DNA of 45,000 nt from Candidatus Pacearchaeota archaeon (GTDB taxonomy: Archaea > Nanobdellota > Nanobdellia > Pacearchaeales > GW2011-AR1), in NCBI GenBank assembly GCA_016867035.1, contig VGKO01000003.1, positions 1 through 45,000 on the forward strand, written 5' to 3'. The position numbers and the translations under genes are program-made. The notes beneath the pieces were generated by a model. The model saw only the letters and a list, made by a program, of their open reading frames with translations. It made no database searches and was not told the DNA's origin. Shown here in pieces: positions 1 to 9,791 of the stretch; the stretch's first letter is position 1, and each line of letters opens with the position of its first letter.

Positions 1-1
1 C

Positions 2-178
2 GATTATGAAGGGCTTGAGGACCCAAGACTACCCACAATTGCAAGTTTAAGAAAAAGAGATTATAAGCCTGAGACGTTTGCTAAGTTTGCAACAATGCGA
101 GGATTAACAGAAGTGGATAAAGTTATGGCTCAAAAAGATTTGTTTGATGTTTTAGATAGATTGAATAAGGAAGACTAG
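2..178 (+). CDS. gltX: Glutamyl-tRNA synthetase, 3' end (partial; stops right after the catalytic domain)
   Basis: Manual translation of frame 2: DYEGLEDPRLPTIASLRKRDYKPETFAKF...LDRLNKED*. This matches the archaeal/eukaryotic GlxRS GWDDPRLPTxxxLRRRG motif. Confidence 0.85.
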   Translation, partial: DYEGLEDPRLPTIASLRKRDYKPETFAKFATMRGLTEVDKVMAQKDLFDVLDRLNKED

Positions 179-193
179 ATTTTTATATTTGGT

Positions 194-562
194 TTAAATT
201 AGGAGTGCTTGTTCTTGTTGGCATAAAAGGTATTCCTGAGCCTTAGCATCAGTCAGTGCTAAAGGAACACCGGTTTCAAGAGTATCTACAATCGCATCTA
301 AAGATAAAGGATAATTATTAAACAAAAATCTTGCTGCTGCTTCTCTTTCCGGAGCATTGATTTTTTGGTGAGTTCTTCTAGATTGAAATGCTGTTTTTGC
401 ATAATCTGCTATTGCCCCCGGAACCCAGGTATCTCTTAACTCTATCTTTTGTGATAAACTTAATCTTAATTCAAAATATCTTTCAAGTTCAATAACTGCT
501 AAATCAAATACTAATTGTTGATTACACTTTTCTTCAAATAAATCCCCCTCTTTATCAACCAT
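194..562 (-). CDS. Hypothetical protein (orphan)
   Basis: ORF track; the likely ATG at 562 (MVDKEG...) lies immediately after the stop of the upstream gene. Confidence 0.6.
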   Translation of the reverse strand: MVDKEGDLFEEKCNQQLVFDLAVIELERYFELRLSLSQKIELRDTWVPGAIADYAKTAFQSRRTHQKINAPEREAAARFLFNNYPLSLDAIVDTLETGVPLALTDAKAQEYLLCQQEQALLI

Positions 563-563
563 A

Positions 564-878
564 CTATTTAGCAACAAGATTACTTCGCATCTTGTTTATG
601 TTACCTTGGATGTTTTGTTGGACTGAAGGCTGGGAAGGCTTTTTCTTGATTATTGTTTCCGGGTGCTCTAAAAGCTCTTTTCTTTTCTTTGCTTTTTCAA
701 TATCTCTCAAAATTCTTCCAGCCAGAGCCGGACTTCTTACACAGATATTAAGTATATTTAGAGCTTTGTTAATTAGAGAATCTGCGCTCTCTTCTTTATG
801 TTCTTTTAAGTGTTCTATTCTTTCTCTAGTCTTTTCAGATATTTTTATTGTTGTCGTCTTTATTTCTTGTTTTGTCAT
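564..878 (-). CDS. Small protein with ribbon-helix-helix-like N-terminus
   Basis: MTKQEIKTTTIKISEKTRERIEHLK...ESADSLINKAL resembles RHH/antitoxin-like DNA-binding proteins; TATA-like TTTATATA about 25 nt upstream of ATG 878. Confidence 0.65.
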   Translation of the reverse strand: MTKQEIKTTTIKISEKTRERIEHLKEHKEESADSLINKALNILNICVRSPALAGRILRDIEKAKKRKELLEHPETIIKKKPSQPSVQQNIQGNINKMRSNLVAK

Positions 879-1009
879 GTTTGGTTTACATGGGTTTAAT
901 ATATAAACTTTATGTTTTTGTATTAACTTTGGAGTTATGACAGTATAGAAAAGCTTATAAAGCAATTTAAGCTATTTATTTTAAGTAAATTTTACACCTC
1001 TTTAAAAGA

Positions 1010-1981
1010 ATGAAAGCCAATAAAATATTGGGTTCGTTTGTAGCAATCTTAGTTGCTTTATTTGCAATTAATTTGGCTGTTGCAGGAACATTGAACGTAA
1101 ATGTTCAAGATACTGCTTTAAACGACATCGAATTAGGAACTAGCTCAACAACTGTTGTAGCAGGATATCCTAGTGAAACCATTCCAGTAGTAATTAAGTT
1201 CTTAGCAAAAGAAGATTTGAAAGACTTAAAACTTAAGGTTTGGATTGACGGCTATAAGAATGATATAAGTGCAACTACAGCAAGATTTAATGTTGTTAAT
1301 GGAAGCACCTACATCAAGAGATTGTCTTTAACATTACCAAATGTTAATGATATGGACGATCTTGACGAAAAACTTACATTATATGTAAGAATAGCTGACA
1401 AAAACGATGAAGTTGAAACAAGCTATAAGATTAATATGCAAAGAGAATCTTATTCTCATGAGGTACTAGCTGTAGAAGCTCCATCAAAAGCTGCTGCTGG
1501 CGAAGTTATTGCTTTAGACGTTGTTCTAAAGAATATCGGTACTTATGAATTAGAAGATTCTTTTGTTACTGCAACAATCCCTGAACTAGGAGTTCAAAGA
1601 AGAGTATACTTCGGAGACTTAGCTAGCAGAGACAATTGTAGTGATAATTGCGACTCAGAAGATGCAAGAGAAAGAAGAATATTCATGGTTATACCATCTG
1701 ATGCAAAATCAGGTGACTATACATTAGAAGTTAAAGCTTCTAACTATGACTCTTCTGCAACAGTAAGAAAAGTTATCTCAATAACTGGTTCTGCTGCTGC
1801 CAACAACTCTAGCACTATAGATACAGGTAAAGACAAAGACAACAAGATACCAACATCAGTCATTGTATTGACAGTTGTATTAGTAATTGTATTTGTAGTT
1901 TTACTTATTGTGCTTATAGTATTGCTTACAAAGAAACCTTCTGAAAAATCTGAAGACTTCGGAGAAACAAGCTACTATTAA
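1010..1981 (+). CDS. Secreted, C-terminally anchored Ig-like/S-layer-type surface protein
   Basis: Signal peptide, beta-rich CARDB-like repeats (VVLKNIG), Ser/Thr linker, long C-terminal TM helix and short tail EDFGETSYY. Confidence 0.7.
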   Translation: MKANKILGSFVAILVALFAINLAVAGTLNVNVQDTALNDIELGTSSTTVVAGYPSETIPVVIKFLAKEDLKDLKLKVWIDGYKNDISATTARFNVVNGSTYIKRLSLTLPNVNDMDDLDEKLTLYVRIADKNDEVETSYKINMQRESYSHEVLAVEAPSKAAAGEVIALDVVLKNIGTYELEDSFVTATIPELGVQRRVYFGDLASRDNCSDNCDSEDARERRIFMVIPSDAKSGDYTLEVKASNYDSSATVRKVISITGSAAANNSSTIDTGKDKDNKIPTSVIVLTVVLVIVFVVLLIVLIVLLTKKPSEKSEDFGETSYY

Positions 1982-2008
1982 TTCCTTTTCTTTTTTTTAT
2001 TTTTTTTA
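1982..2008 (+). terminator. Oligo-T archaeal terminator
   Basis: ttccttttcttttttttattttttttt directly after the stop codon. Confidence 0.6.
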
Positions 2009-2071
2009 AATTAGCTTGAATCAATGAAGAAGTTTTATTTTTATTAAATTTAAATTAAAACAAAAATACCT

Positions 2072-2341
2072 ATGATAAAACAATTATCAAGATTAATTTA
2101 CCTTGGAATATTAACAATTATAACTGGGTGTTCTCAACAAAATTATCCAAGAGCCACAGGGGAATTAGTTGATTTCGGGGATTTTCCTAGCCCAAGAACA
2201 AGCTTATTCGATAACTTTGACCCCCTATATAGAAAACAAGAGTTTATACCCCAACCAAATGGTCAAGGTCAAATATGTTTTATCAAACAAGAATCAAGCA
2301 ATACTTATTTTAATGTTTCTCTTCTACCTGAAGAACAATAA
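2072..2341 (+). CDS. Hypothetical lipoprotein-like protein
   Basis: Basic N-terminus, hydrophobic stretch and lipobox-like IITGC. Confidence 0.55.
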   Translation: MIKQLSRLIYLGILTIITGCSQQNYPRATGELVDFGDFPSPRTSLFDNFDPLYRKQEFIPQPNGQGQICFIKQESSNTYFNVSLLPEEQ

Positions 2342-2349
2342 TTTTTGAA

Positions 2350-5211
2350 TTAAACCTCCAAGCTAACTACTTTGCTAATTTTTTCTTGCATGCTAACTCC
2401 ATAAATAACAGGACTTTCGGTTATGAGCGAGTCGTTGTGAGTTATTATGATATATTGTCCTTTGTTCATGTAGCGTTTGAGTAGAGCCGCAAGTCTTTCG
2501 CTATTTCTTCTATCTAAAGCAGCATCTATTTCATCAAAAATATAAAAGGGATAGGGTTTGTATTCTTGAATTGCAAAAATTAAGGATAAGGAGATTAAAC
2601 TTTGTTCTCCTCCTGATAAAGAATGAGTATCAAAATACTTTCCTTTTCCAACCTTAATGAGCATTTCTACTCCTGCTTTAAAGATATCTTCTTTATCTAC
2701 AGGCTCAAGAGTTGCTGTTCCTTTTGTGCTTAGTTGTGAGAAGTTTCTTGAGAATAATTTGTTTAATTCTTCTAGAGTTTGTAAAAATACCTTTTTCTTC
2801 TTTTTATCAATATCCTCAATTACCTTTAGTATCTCGAGTTTTTCTTCTTGTATTTTATTTACTTTTTCTTGAACTTTATCATACTCAATTTTAACATTTT
2901 CATAGACTTCTAGGGCCTTGAGGTTAACAGTACCTATTCTTGCAATAGTATTTTGTAATTCTTCTATTCTTTTTCTTAATTCATCGATACTTGCGCGCAT
3001 TACTCGCGTTTCACCATAACTTTTAGCTTCTAACTCAAAGGTTTCACGCTGAGCATTTAACTGAGCTCGCTCAATTTTTGAATTATTAATTCTTTCTTCA
3101 GCCGCATGCTTATCATTTTGTTTATGCATTAAATCTCTTTCGAAAAAATGCACTCTCTCTTGTAGTTTGTTTTTCTCTTCTAAAGCTTTGCGGTACTTGT
3201 CTTTTAATAATTGATCTTGGTCGGATTTTTCTTCTAGCAAGGTTTGTTTTTCTTCTACAAGTTTAGAGACTTCTTCTAAAGACTGACTTATTTCTTCAAA
3301 CTCCCTTGCTATTTCCTTAAGAATATTTTTATTTCTTTCAACTCCTCTTTGCTTTAGTGTAACTTCTGTTCCAACGTGAGATTCTTCATGCCTTTGTAAT
3401 TCTTGTACCTCAAGTCTTAGATTATCATAATTTGTTTCACTTGTTTTCAAACTAGAAACTTCATCTTCCATTTTATCTTTCTTTTTTTCTAAATCTTGAG
3501 CTTCTTTTTGTAAAATCTTTAGTTCTTCTGTGAATTTTCTCAAAAGCTCTTTTTTCTCGTTAATTAAATCCAATCTCAATAAGTCTTGGCTTCTTTGTTT
3601 AATTTCATTTTCTATTTTAAATATTATTTCAGACTGTCTTTCGTTTAATTCATGAAGTTGTTTAATGCTTTTTTCGGAACTTGAGATTTTATTCTCGCTA
3701 TCTTCAACTAGCTTCTTGGCCCCTGTAATAACATGGTTAATGTGGTCTTGGGTTATTTTTGTTTTACATAAAGGGCAGATATCAAGTTGAGATACCTGAC
3801 TCTGAATTTTCTTTTGATTTTCAATTTCTTTCTCACAAATAGCAATTGTTTTTTCACAATCGTTGCGTTTTTTTGTGTTTTCCGTTAATTCTAATCTAGA
3901 CTTTTCAAGGTTTGTTTTTAAAATTACTATTTTTTCTTTATGAACTTCTGCAGAATCTTTAATAGATATTTCAGATTCCATTTGTTGAATCTTACCATAG
4001 GTATTTTCATAATCATTCTTGATTCTTTGTATCTGCTTTTGTTTTTCATCTATCCTTGAAACTAAATAGCCTAATTGAGATTTTAAGATATAGAGCTTGC
4101 GCCTTTGCTCATCCATTTGGTCGAGTTGTTGCTTCTTCAGATCAAGGTCTTTTTTAACACTCTTGCCTTTGGATTTTGATAATTCTAGTATTTCATGTTC
4201 TGCTGTTTGAATCATTATACCCAACTCGGATTTTCTCTTTTCCATTTCACTAATTTTATTTTCAAAATCGTTTTTCTTAAAATTTAATCCGGCAAGGTCT
4301 GCCCGCAAATCTGCTATCTCGCGATTAATTTGATCTTGTTCTAAACCCGAACTCTTCTGAACATTAGAGGATATATCATTTATCTTTTGATTTAAAATAG
4401 CAATTTCTTGCTCTGTTTTTTCTATAACTTCGCGGATTTTTCTGATAGAGTTTTCTTCTCTCTCTATGCTCTTATTAATTTCTTCAAGTGCTTCATTTTT
4501 TTCAGATAATTGCTTATTAGCAATAGAGGCTTTACAGACAACAACTTCTTCTTGAAGTTTTTTGAATTGAAGTGCTTGGCGACGCTCATCCTCTAGGTTT
4601 TTAAGATAGGCTGTTCTTTCTCGCAGGATTGCATTAGCTTCTTTTAGCCTTTCATCGGTTTTCTCTAGTTCAGCTAAAGACTTCTGTTTTCTCATTTCAT
4701 AAACCCCTATACCTGCAACTTCCTCAATAACCTCACGTCTTTGGTCTGGCGGCATTTTAACAAAACTATCTATTTCCCCCTGTAAAACAATATTAAATCC
4801 ATTAGGATCAATTCCTGCTTGAACTAATAACTCTAGAATTTCCTGGCGAGTTTTAACTTCATCATTAATTTTGTATACTCCTTGGCCGTTTTTTCTGAGA
4901 ACTCTTTCAATTACAACTTCCTCGTTGCTTAAAGAAAAACCCTTATCAGTATTATCAAATACTAGTTTGACCATTGCTTCATGAGCTGGCTTGTATTTCT
5001 CTGTTCCTGCAAATATTAAATTAGATAACTTTTTTGCACGCATGCTTTTAGAGCCAAGTCTTCCAAGCACAAAGCAGATTGCATCAGTAACATTGGACTT
5101 TCCAGAACCATTTGGGCCCACAATTACATTCATTGTATTCTTGAAAGGAATTCGCGTTTCACGAGCAAAACTCTTGAAACCATGTATCACCAACTCTTTT
5201 ATGAAGGGCAT
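2350..5211 (-). CDS. smc: SMC chromosome segregation ATPase with central CPLC zinc hook instead of a hinge
   Basis: GFKSF, Walker A GPNGSGKSN, SMRA loop, signature LSGGEQ, Walker B/D-loop FYIFDEIDAALD, coiled coils, CPLC at aa 479-482. Confidence 0.9.
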   Translation of the reverse strand: MPFIKELVIHGFKSFARETRIPFKNTMNVIVGPNGSGKSNVTDAICFVLGRLGSKSMRAKKLSNLIFAGTEKYKPAHEAMVKLVFDNTDKGFSLSNEEVVIERVLRKNGQGVYKINDEVKTRQEILELLVQAGIDPNGFNIVLQGEIDSFVKMPPDQRREVIEEVAGIGVYEMRKQKSLAELEKTDERLKEANAILRERTAYLKNLEDERRQALQFKKLQEEVVVCKASIANKQLSEKNEALEEINKSIEREENSIRKIREVIEKTEQEIAILNQKINDISSNVQKSSGLEQDQINREIADLRADLAGLNFKKNDFENKISEMEKRKSELGIMIQTAEHEILELSKSKGKSVKKDLDLKKQQLDQMDEQRRKLYILKSQLGYLVSRIDEKQKQIQRIKNDYENTYGKIQQMESEISIKDSAEVHKEKIVILKTNLEKSRLELTENTKKRNDCEKTIAICEKEIENQKKIQSQVSQLDICPLCKTKITQDHINHVITGAKKLVEDSENKISSSEKSIKQLHELNERQSEIIFKIENEIKQRSQDLLRLDLINEKKELLRKFTEELKILQKEAQDLEKKKDKMEDEVSSLKTSETNYDNLRLEVQELQRHEESHVGTEVTLKQRGVERNKNILKEIAREFEEISQSLEEVSKLVEEKQTLLEEKSDQDQLLKDKYRKALEEKNKLQERVHFFERDLMHKQNDKHAAEERINNSKIERAQLNAQRETFELEAKSYGETRVMRASIDELRKRIEELQNTIARIGTVNLKALEVYENVKIEYDKVQEKVNKIQEEKLEILKVIEDIDKKKKKVFLQTLEELNKLFSRNFSQLSTKGTATLEPVDKEDIFKAGVEMLIKVGKGKYFDTHSLSGGEQSLISLSLIFAIQEYKPYPFYIFDEIDAALDRRNSERLAALLKRYMNKGQYIIITHNDSLITESPVIYGVSMQEKISKVVSLEV

Positions 5212-5245
5212 AACAACCTAAGAGAAAGAGGATATTTAAAGATTA

Positions 5246-5970
5246 TTAAGAAACATAACGCTCTATTACTTTAAGATAAGCCTGGTTTAAACCAGCTATA
5301 TCAAAAATTACCACGCGCTTAAAACCTGCTTTTTTACAAACTCGAGATCTTTTTCTAGTAATTCTGGGAGGAGTATTTTTTCAAATCCAAAAATACCGCG
5401 ACTTATTGTTCCAAGCCCTATTGTATAATTTGTTTTGGCTTTAATTCCAAGCAAGTTTTTCCTTATTCTTTTATTAACAATACCTAGAGAAAGACTTGAA
5501 TAATACATGGGACTTTTCTCGGTTTTAATTGGATAGTCTAAACCCAGCCATCCCATTAATTTGAATTTAAAGGGATATTGTGCAGTCATTATTCTTGAAC
5601 TATTTTTTTTCATGAAATTAGAGATTAATCGTTTGTTTTTGTTGAATTTAAATAAATTTTTAAAGAAAAGCACTGGCTTTAGTAAGGGTAGTTCTAAATC
5701 CATTAAAAAAGTTCCCTTGAACCTTGAGAGTTCCTTAAATAAAACCTCGAGCTCATTTGTATCTGAAAAACCGGAAATCCAATAAGAATTTTTTAGTTTG
5801 GGCCAATAACAGCACTCTATTTTTTTATTTATTTTAATAACTTGTTTCTGAAATTTGTGAAATTCTGCTAAAGATTTCGTACCAATAAATACTCGCGATT
5901 TGAAATCTAATAGTTTAAGCTTACCCAAACTCCCTTTTTCTGGAAACTCGGCATAAAAATCAATCCTCAT
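5246..5970 (-). CDS. Hypothetical protein, possibly TIM-barrel-like, with a -1 frameshift near the 3' end
   Basis: The ORF ends at 5308 in frame 0. A -1 shift at A_AAA_AAG (5329-5335) continues as KKAGFKRVVIFDIAGLNQAYLKVIERYVS* to 5246. Confidence 0.6.
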
Positions 5971-6072
5971 AATTAAAAAAAGCCAAGCACCTATTTAAAG
6001 ATTATTAAGGCTATTAGGTTTATTTTTTTTAATGACATAAATACTTAAATAGCTATTATGGCTTGTTAATTT

Positions 6073-6327
6073 ATGTTTGGAAGAAAAAGCCTTTATGAAG
6101 AAGTTGGAAGCTCCCCACAAAGTTATGCTCCTTTAGCAGGACTTATGGCTGAATTAAAACCCATCATGGGAAATACTAGAGGGATATTCGAAGTATTTAG
6201 GAAAAGGTTTCAACAATTTGATACTAAAAGTTTAGAAAGATTTATTGCAAGATATGATGGGCAAGTTAATGTTCCAGAAGCAGTATATATGCTTCAAGCA
6301 GCTAAAGAAGTTTATGCAAAAAGATAA
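6073..6327 (+). CDS. Hypothetical protein (orphan)
   Basis: ORF with TATA-like ACTTAAAT about 25 nt upstream (leaderless arrangement). Confidence 0.6.
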   Translation: MFGRKSLYEEVGSSPQSYAPLAGLMAELKPIMGNTRGIFEVFRKRFQQFDTKSLERFIARYDGQVNVPEAVYMLQAAKEVYAKR

Positions 6328-6335
6328 AGAATATC

Positions 6336-7043
6336 CTAGAGTGTAGTTTGCTTATGTTTTACTTGCTCTTTAACTTGCTTGGCAAGTTTAGCTTCTCGGA
6401 AGGTTGCCCAGCTCTCTCGGAAAAAGCCCTTTAACTTGGGATTATCAACATATTTTTTCAGAAACTCTATTGTTGTTGGGTCGCTTGGATAACCGCTTCC
6501 AAAATCTTCGCCCACTATAGATTTTATTTTTTCTATCTCTGCATCTCTTGTAACCTTTGCTAAAATACTTGCGGCTGAAACAACAGGATAATTAAAATCA
6601 GCCTTATGCTCGCAAATAATTTTTGATGCAAGCTTTTTTTCATTAACATACTCAAGTAATTGTCTTTTCCAACCCTCTGTATTGATTGAAGGACAGTCCA
6701 AGATTATTTTTAATCCTGCTTTCTGAGCTATTGAAAGATTTTCAGTTAATTCATTAATTATACTTGCAGCAGCAAGGGCTTCAACTTGATTTAAATTCAA
6801 GCCTTGCCCGAAACCTGTATCGATTTCCTTGGGGGTTATTATCTTGAACTTAAAGTCTTTTGTTATTTTTTTTATTTCTTCAAGTATTCTTTCGCGTTGT
6901 TGTGGCGATAGAAGTTTGGAATCTTTGGCTCCTGCTAGCTTTAAATCATGCTGTTTTTCTGCAGGAATTAATACTCCTGCAAGCAACATTGGACCCATAA
7001 CAGGACCCCGGCCTGCATCGTCAATACCTATTAGGTATTCCAT
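6336..7043 (-). CDS. rnhB: Ribonuclease HII
   Basis: GIDDAGRGP, KDSKLL, HKAD, VSAASILAKVTRD, GSGYPSDP; C-terminal PIP-like KQTTL. Confidence 0.95.
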   Translation of the reverse strand: MEYLIGIDDAGRGPVMGPMLLAGVLIPAEKQHDLKLAGAKDSKLLSPQQRERILEEIKKITKDFKFKIITPKEIDTGFGQGLNLNQVEALAAASIINELTENLSIAQKAGLKIILDCPSINTEGWKRQLLEYVNEKKLASKIICEHKADFNYPVVSAASILAKVTRDAEIEKIKSIVGEDFGSGYPSDPTTIEFLKKYVDNPKLKGFFRESWATFREAKLAKQVKEQVKHKQTTL

Positions 7044-7093
7044 AATTTTTGTTAGAGAATAATCTTTATATATCTTTTACTCTTCTAGTTTAT

Positions 7094-7804
7094 ATGAAAT
7101 CACTACCCCTCTTATTGGCTTTATTAGTAATTTTAAGCATAGTTGGTCTGGCTTCTTTTGCTTCTGCTAATTCTTATTACCTAGAGTTTAACCAAGTTGG
7201 GGATAAGATTGTGGTTCGCGAGAGTATTAATGGGCTAAATTCTAGTTATGTTGATTCTAATTTACTTGAAGAAACAAAAATAGGCTATCTTTTTTTAAAT
7301 AAAATAATTTTTCCAGAGGATTTTGAAAGCACGATTATTAAACTAAATTTGGACAATGGTTATACTGTTGGAGAAGATGGAGCTTATCCCTTAGGTTATA
7401 GAGTAGAAACAGACGGACAAATAATTAGTCTTGTTTGGCAATTAAATAATGTAAAAGCAAGCGAGCCTATTGCCGTGGTTGTTAATATAAGAGATTTAAG
7501 AAAAGGCTATACTTGGGTTTGGATTCTTTTAGGCATTATAATTTTAATAGTTGTTGCTTATATCTTATTTAAATATCAGAAGAAAAGAAAAACCAAGAAC
7601 CTAGATAAGCATCTTTTAGATATTGAAAGAAAAATGCTCGAGGAGTTAAGGAAAGCAGACAGGCAGGAAATGTGGCAAAGAAACCTGCAGAAGAATCTTG
7701 GGTTATCTAAGGCTAAAACCTCTAGACTTATTAGAAATCTCGAATCTCGAGAACTCGTGGAAAAGATTCCTTTTGGAAATACGAATAAAATTGTGCTGAA
7801 ATAG
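7094..7804 (+). CDS. Membrane-anchored protein with C-terminal winged HTH (COG2512-like)
   Basis: Signal peptide, extracellular domain, TM helix, then wHTH WQRNLQKNLGLSKAKTSRLIRNLE...EKIPFGNTNKI; likely start at ATG 7094. Confidence 0.8.
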   Translation: MKSLPLLLALLVILSIVGLASFASANSYYLEFNQVGDKIVVRESINGLNSSYVDSNLLEETKIGYLFLNKIIFPEDFESTIIKLNLDNGYTVGEDGAYPLGYRVETDGQIISLVWQLNNVKASEPIAVVVNIRDLRKGYTWVWILLGIIILIVVAYILFKYQKKRKTKNLDKHLLDIERKMLEELRKADRQEMWQRNLQKNLGLSKAKTSRLIRNLESRELVEKIPFGNTNKIVLK

Positions 7805-7867
7805 GTTTAAGTTAAATATATTTTTTATTATAAATAAGCTTTTATATTGGGAATTACTTGAAGTTTT

Positions 7868-8230
7868 ATGAGAAGATTATTTGGGGCAGGTTTAGGAATT
7901 TTGCTTGGATTAAGTACGCTTGCCGGAGCTCAAACTAATTCCCTGCCAAGAATTTTGCAAGAATATAATAGACCAAATGTTTCTCATACAATTGTTACAA
8001 CCAATAATCCTGTTAAATTTAATGAAAATGGAAGAGATTATACTCTTGAAGTTTTAAAAGTAAATAGAGAAGCAGAAAGAGCAACAATTAGATTAAGCAC
8101 ACCAGGTTGGAGGGGTCCTTATGTTCAAGAAGTTAAGAAGGGAGAAGATTATACCTCTTCTGGATTAATTTTAAGATTTTTTGAATTTGGAGATAATGGT
8201 GTTGTTTTAATGCGAGCTAAAAGTCGATAG
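7868..8230 (+). CDS. Secreted hypothetical protein
   Basis: Signal peptide MRRLFGAGLGILLGLSTLAGA; beta-rich mature part. Confidence 0.6.
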   Translation: MRRLFGAGLGILLGLSTLAGAQTNSLPRILQEYNRPNVSHTIVTTNNPVKFNENGRDYTLEVLKVNREAERATIRLSTPGWRGPYVQEVKKGEDYTSSGLILRFFEFGDNGVVLMRAKSR

Positions 8231-8310
8231 TTTTTTTATCTTACTTAGAATAATTATCGAATATATTAGCTAGCGGTAAAATATAAATAGCTTTCTTGTC
8301 TTTCTTAATT

Positions 8311-8823
8311 ATGATAAAAAATTATCTTACTCGACTTATTAGCAGTTTGGCTTTAACTTGTTCTATTTTGCAAGCCCAAGAACCCGCTCCCGAACAACCA
8401 TCGGATTTAGAAATATTAACCAACCAAGTAAATTTTTCTTCTGCCGATGTAGACTTAAATAATAGGATAAATTGGCAAGAGTATTATGGTTATTTTGATA
8501 GACAGTATACGAATGGTATCCCTCCGCTGGTTCTAAATAGCCTAAGAAAGGATTTTGATAGGTATGATGCTAATAGAGATAGAGCCGTAACTGATGCAGA
8601 ATATGCTAATGGCAATCTTCCTGAAGATCCAAAAGATATAGAGGACATAAAACAACCCCCTAAACCAAAAAGAGATAGAAGTATAAAACAACTTTATAGT
8701 TGGGGAAAAGGCATAAACTCCAGAATAAATAAAATAAAAGTAGCTTATCAAAAAGCCCTTAAGAAAATAGAGGAAGAAAAAAAGAAAGAGGAAGAAAAAG
8801 CAAAGAAAACATCTAAAAAATAG
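8311..8823 (+). CDS. Secreted EF-hand-like protein
   Basis: Signal peptide; two EF-loop-like motifs DVDLNNRINWQE and DANRDRAVTDAE; Lys/Glu-rich tail. Confidence 0.65.
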   Translation: MIKNYLTRLISSLALTCSILQAQEPAPEQPSDLEILTNQVNFSSADVDLNNRINWQEYYGYFDRQYTNGIPPLVLNSLRKDFDRYDANRDRAVTDAEYANGNLPEDPKDIEDIKQPPKPKRDRSIKQLYSWGKGINSRINKIKVAYQKALKKIEEEKKKEEEKAKKTSKK

Positions 8824-8929
8824 TCGTTTCATCTTGTTTCACGGATATATTAAATACTAATTTTTCTAAGGTTTACTATCCTAGCAATCAAAATATAATG
8901 ATTGAAAGGAGGTTTAACAAAAAACAAAT

Positions 8930-9691
8930 ATGCAAAATAAAACAATGTATGCTGGAATAATTGCTTTGGCAATGATTTTAGCTATAATGCCTTTGGCTTT
9001 AGCTGAGAATACAACCGATAGCTCAGATGCTATTGCGTTATACAATGATACTTCAAACTTGCCGGATGGAATAGTAATATCGCCTGCTCCAACAAACGAA
9101 ATTATTGAAGAAGCAGATGCTGATTTGAATGAGAATGTTAGCTCTTGGAAAATCAATAGAGAAAGAATGAAAAATTGGTTTACCTTTAACCAAGAGAAAA
9201 AAGCTGAAAGAGAACTAAAGATTGCTAAAATGTTATTGATTCAAGCAAAAATTGCTGCAAGAAATAATAATACAGAAGCAATGGAAAAAGCTCTTGAAGC
9301 TCATAATAGAATAATTAATAGAGTTAAGGAAAGAGTGCAAAAAATCAACGGGGCTTCAGATGAAAAGGGTTTGAAAAAAAATGCTGAAAAACTTGTTGGT
9401 TTAGAAAGAGCTATTCAAGTTCATGAAGCAAGAATAACTCGGTTGCAAACAATGCTTACTAACGAAAATCTAACCGAACAGCAAAGACAAGTTATTGAAG
9501 CTAAAATAGCTAGGGCTCAGAATAATACTGCTAATCTTGTTCAAGTTCAACAAAGACAGCAAGAAAGAATTAAGACAAAACTTATGGCTGTTAAAAACTT
9601 GACAGAAGACGAAGCTAATGAACGAGTTGAGCAGATTAGAGACAGAGTAAAAACTCAAGCCAATAAGCTAAACAATAGAGCCAAGAATTAA
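8930..9691 (+). CDS. Secreted coiled-coil protein (DUF5667-like)
   Basis: SD GGAGGT upstream, signal peptide, WFTFNQEKKAERELKIA motif, long helical body, T-rich terminator after. Confidence 0.7.
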   Translation: MQNKTMYAGIIALAMILAIMPLALAENTTDSSDAIALYNDTSNLPDGIVISPAPTNEIIEEADADLNENVSSWKINRERMKNWFTFNQEKKAERELKIAKMLLIQAKIAARNNNTEAMEKALEAHNRIINRVKERVQKINGASDEKGLKKNAEKLVGLERAIQVHEARITRLQTMLTNENLTEQQRQVIEAKIARAQNNTANLVQVQQRQQERIKTKLMAVKNLTEDEANERVEQIRDRVKTQANKLNNRAKN

Positions 9692-9748
9692 TTTTTTATT
9701 TTCTTTTTATTTTTTTCTTGTTTCAGTTTATTATTTTTATTTATTTTA
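9692..9748 (+). terminator. T-rich terminator region
   Basis: Multiple oligo-T runs directly after the stop codon. Confidence 0.5.
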
Positions 9749-9791
9749 GTTAACTTTAAAAGTCTTCTAAACCTCGTAAAAGTGTAAGTAT

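Noticed and set aside
7008-7035. RNase HII DDAGRG instead of DEAGRG
   Set aside because: A conservative acidic substitution with the other catalytic motifs intact.
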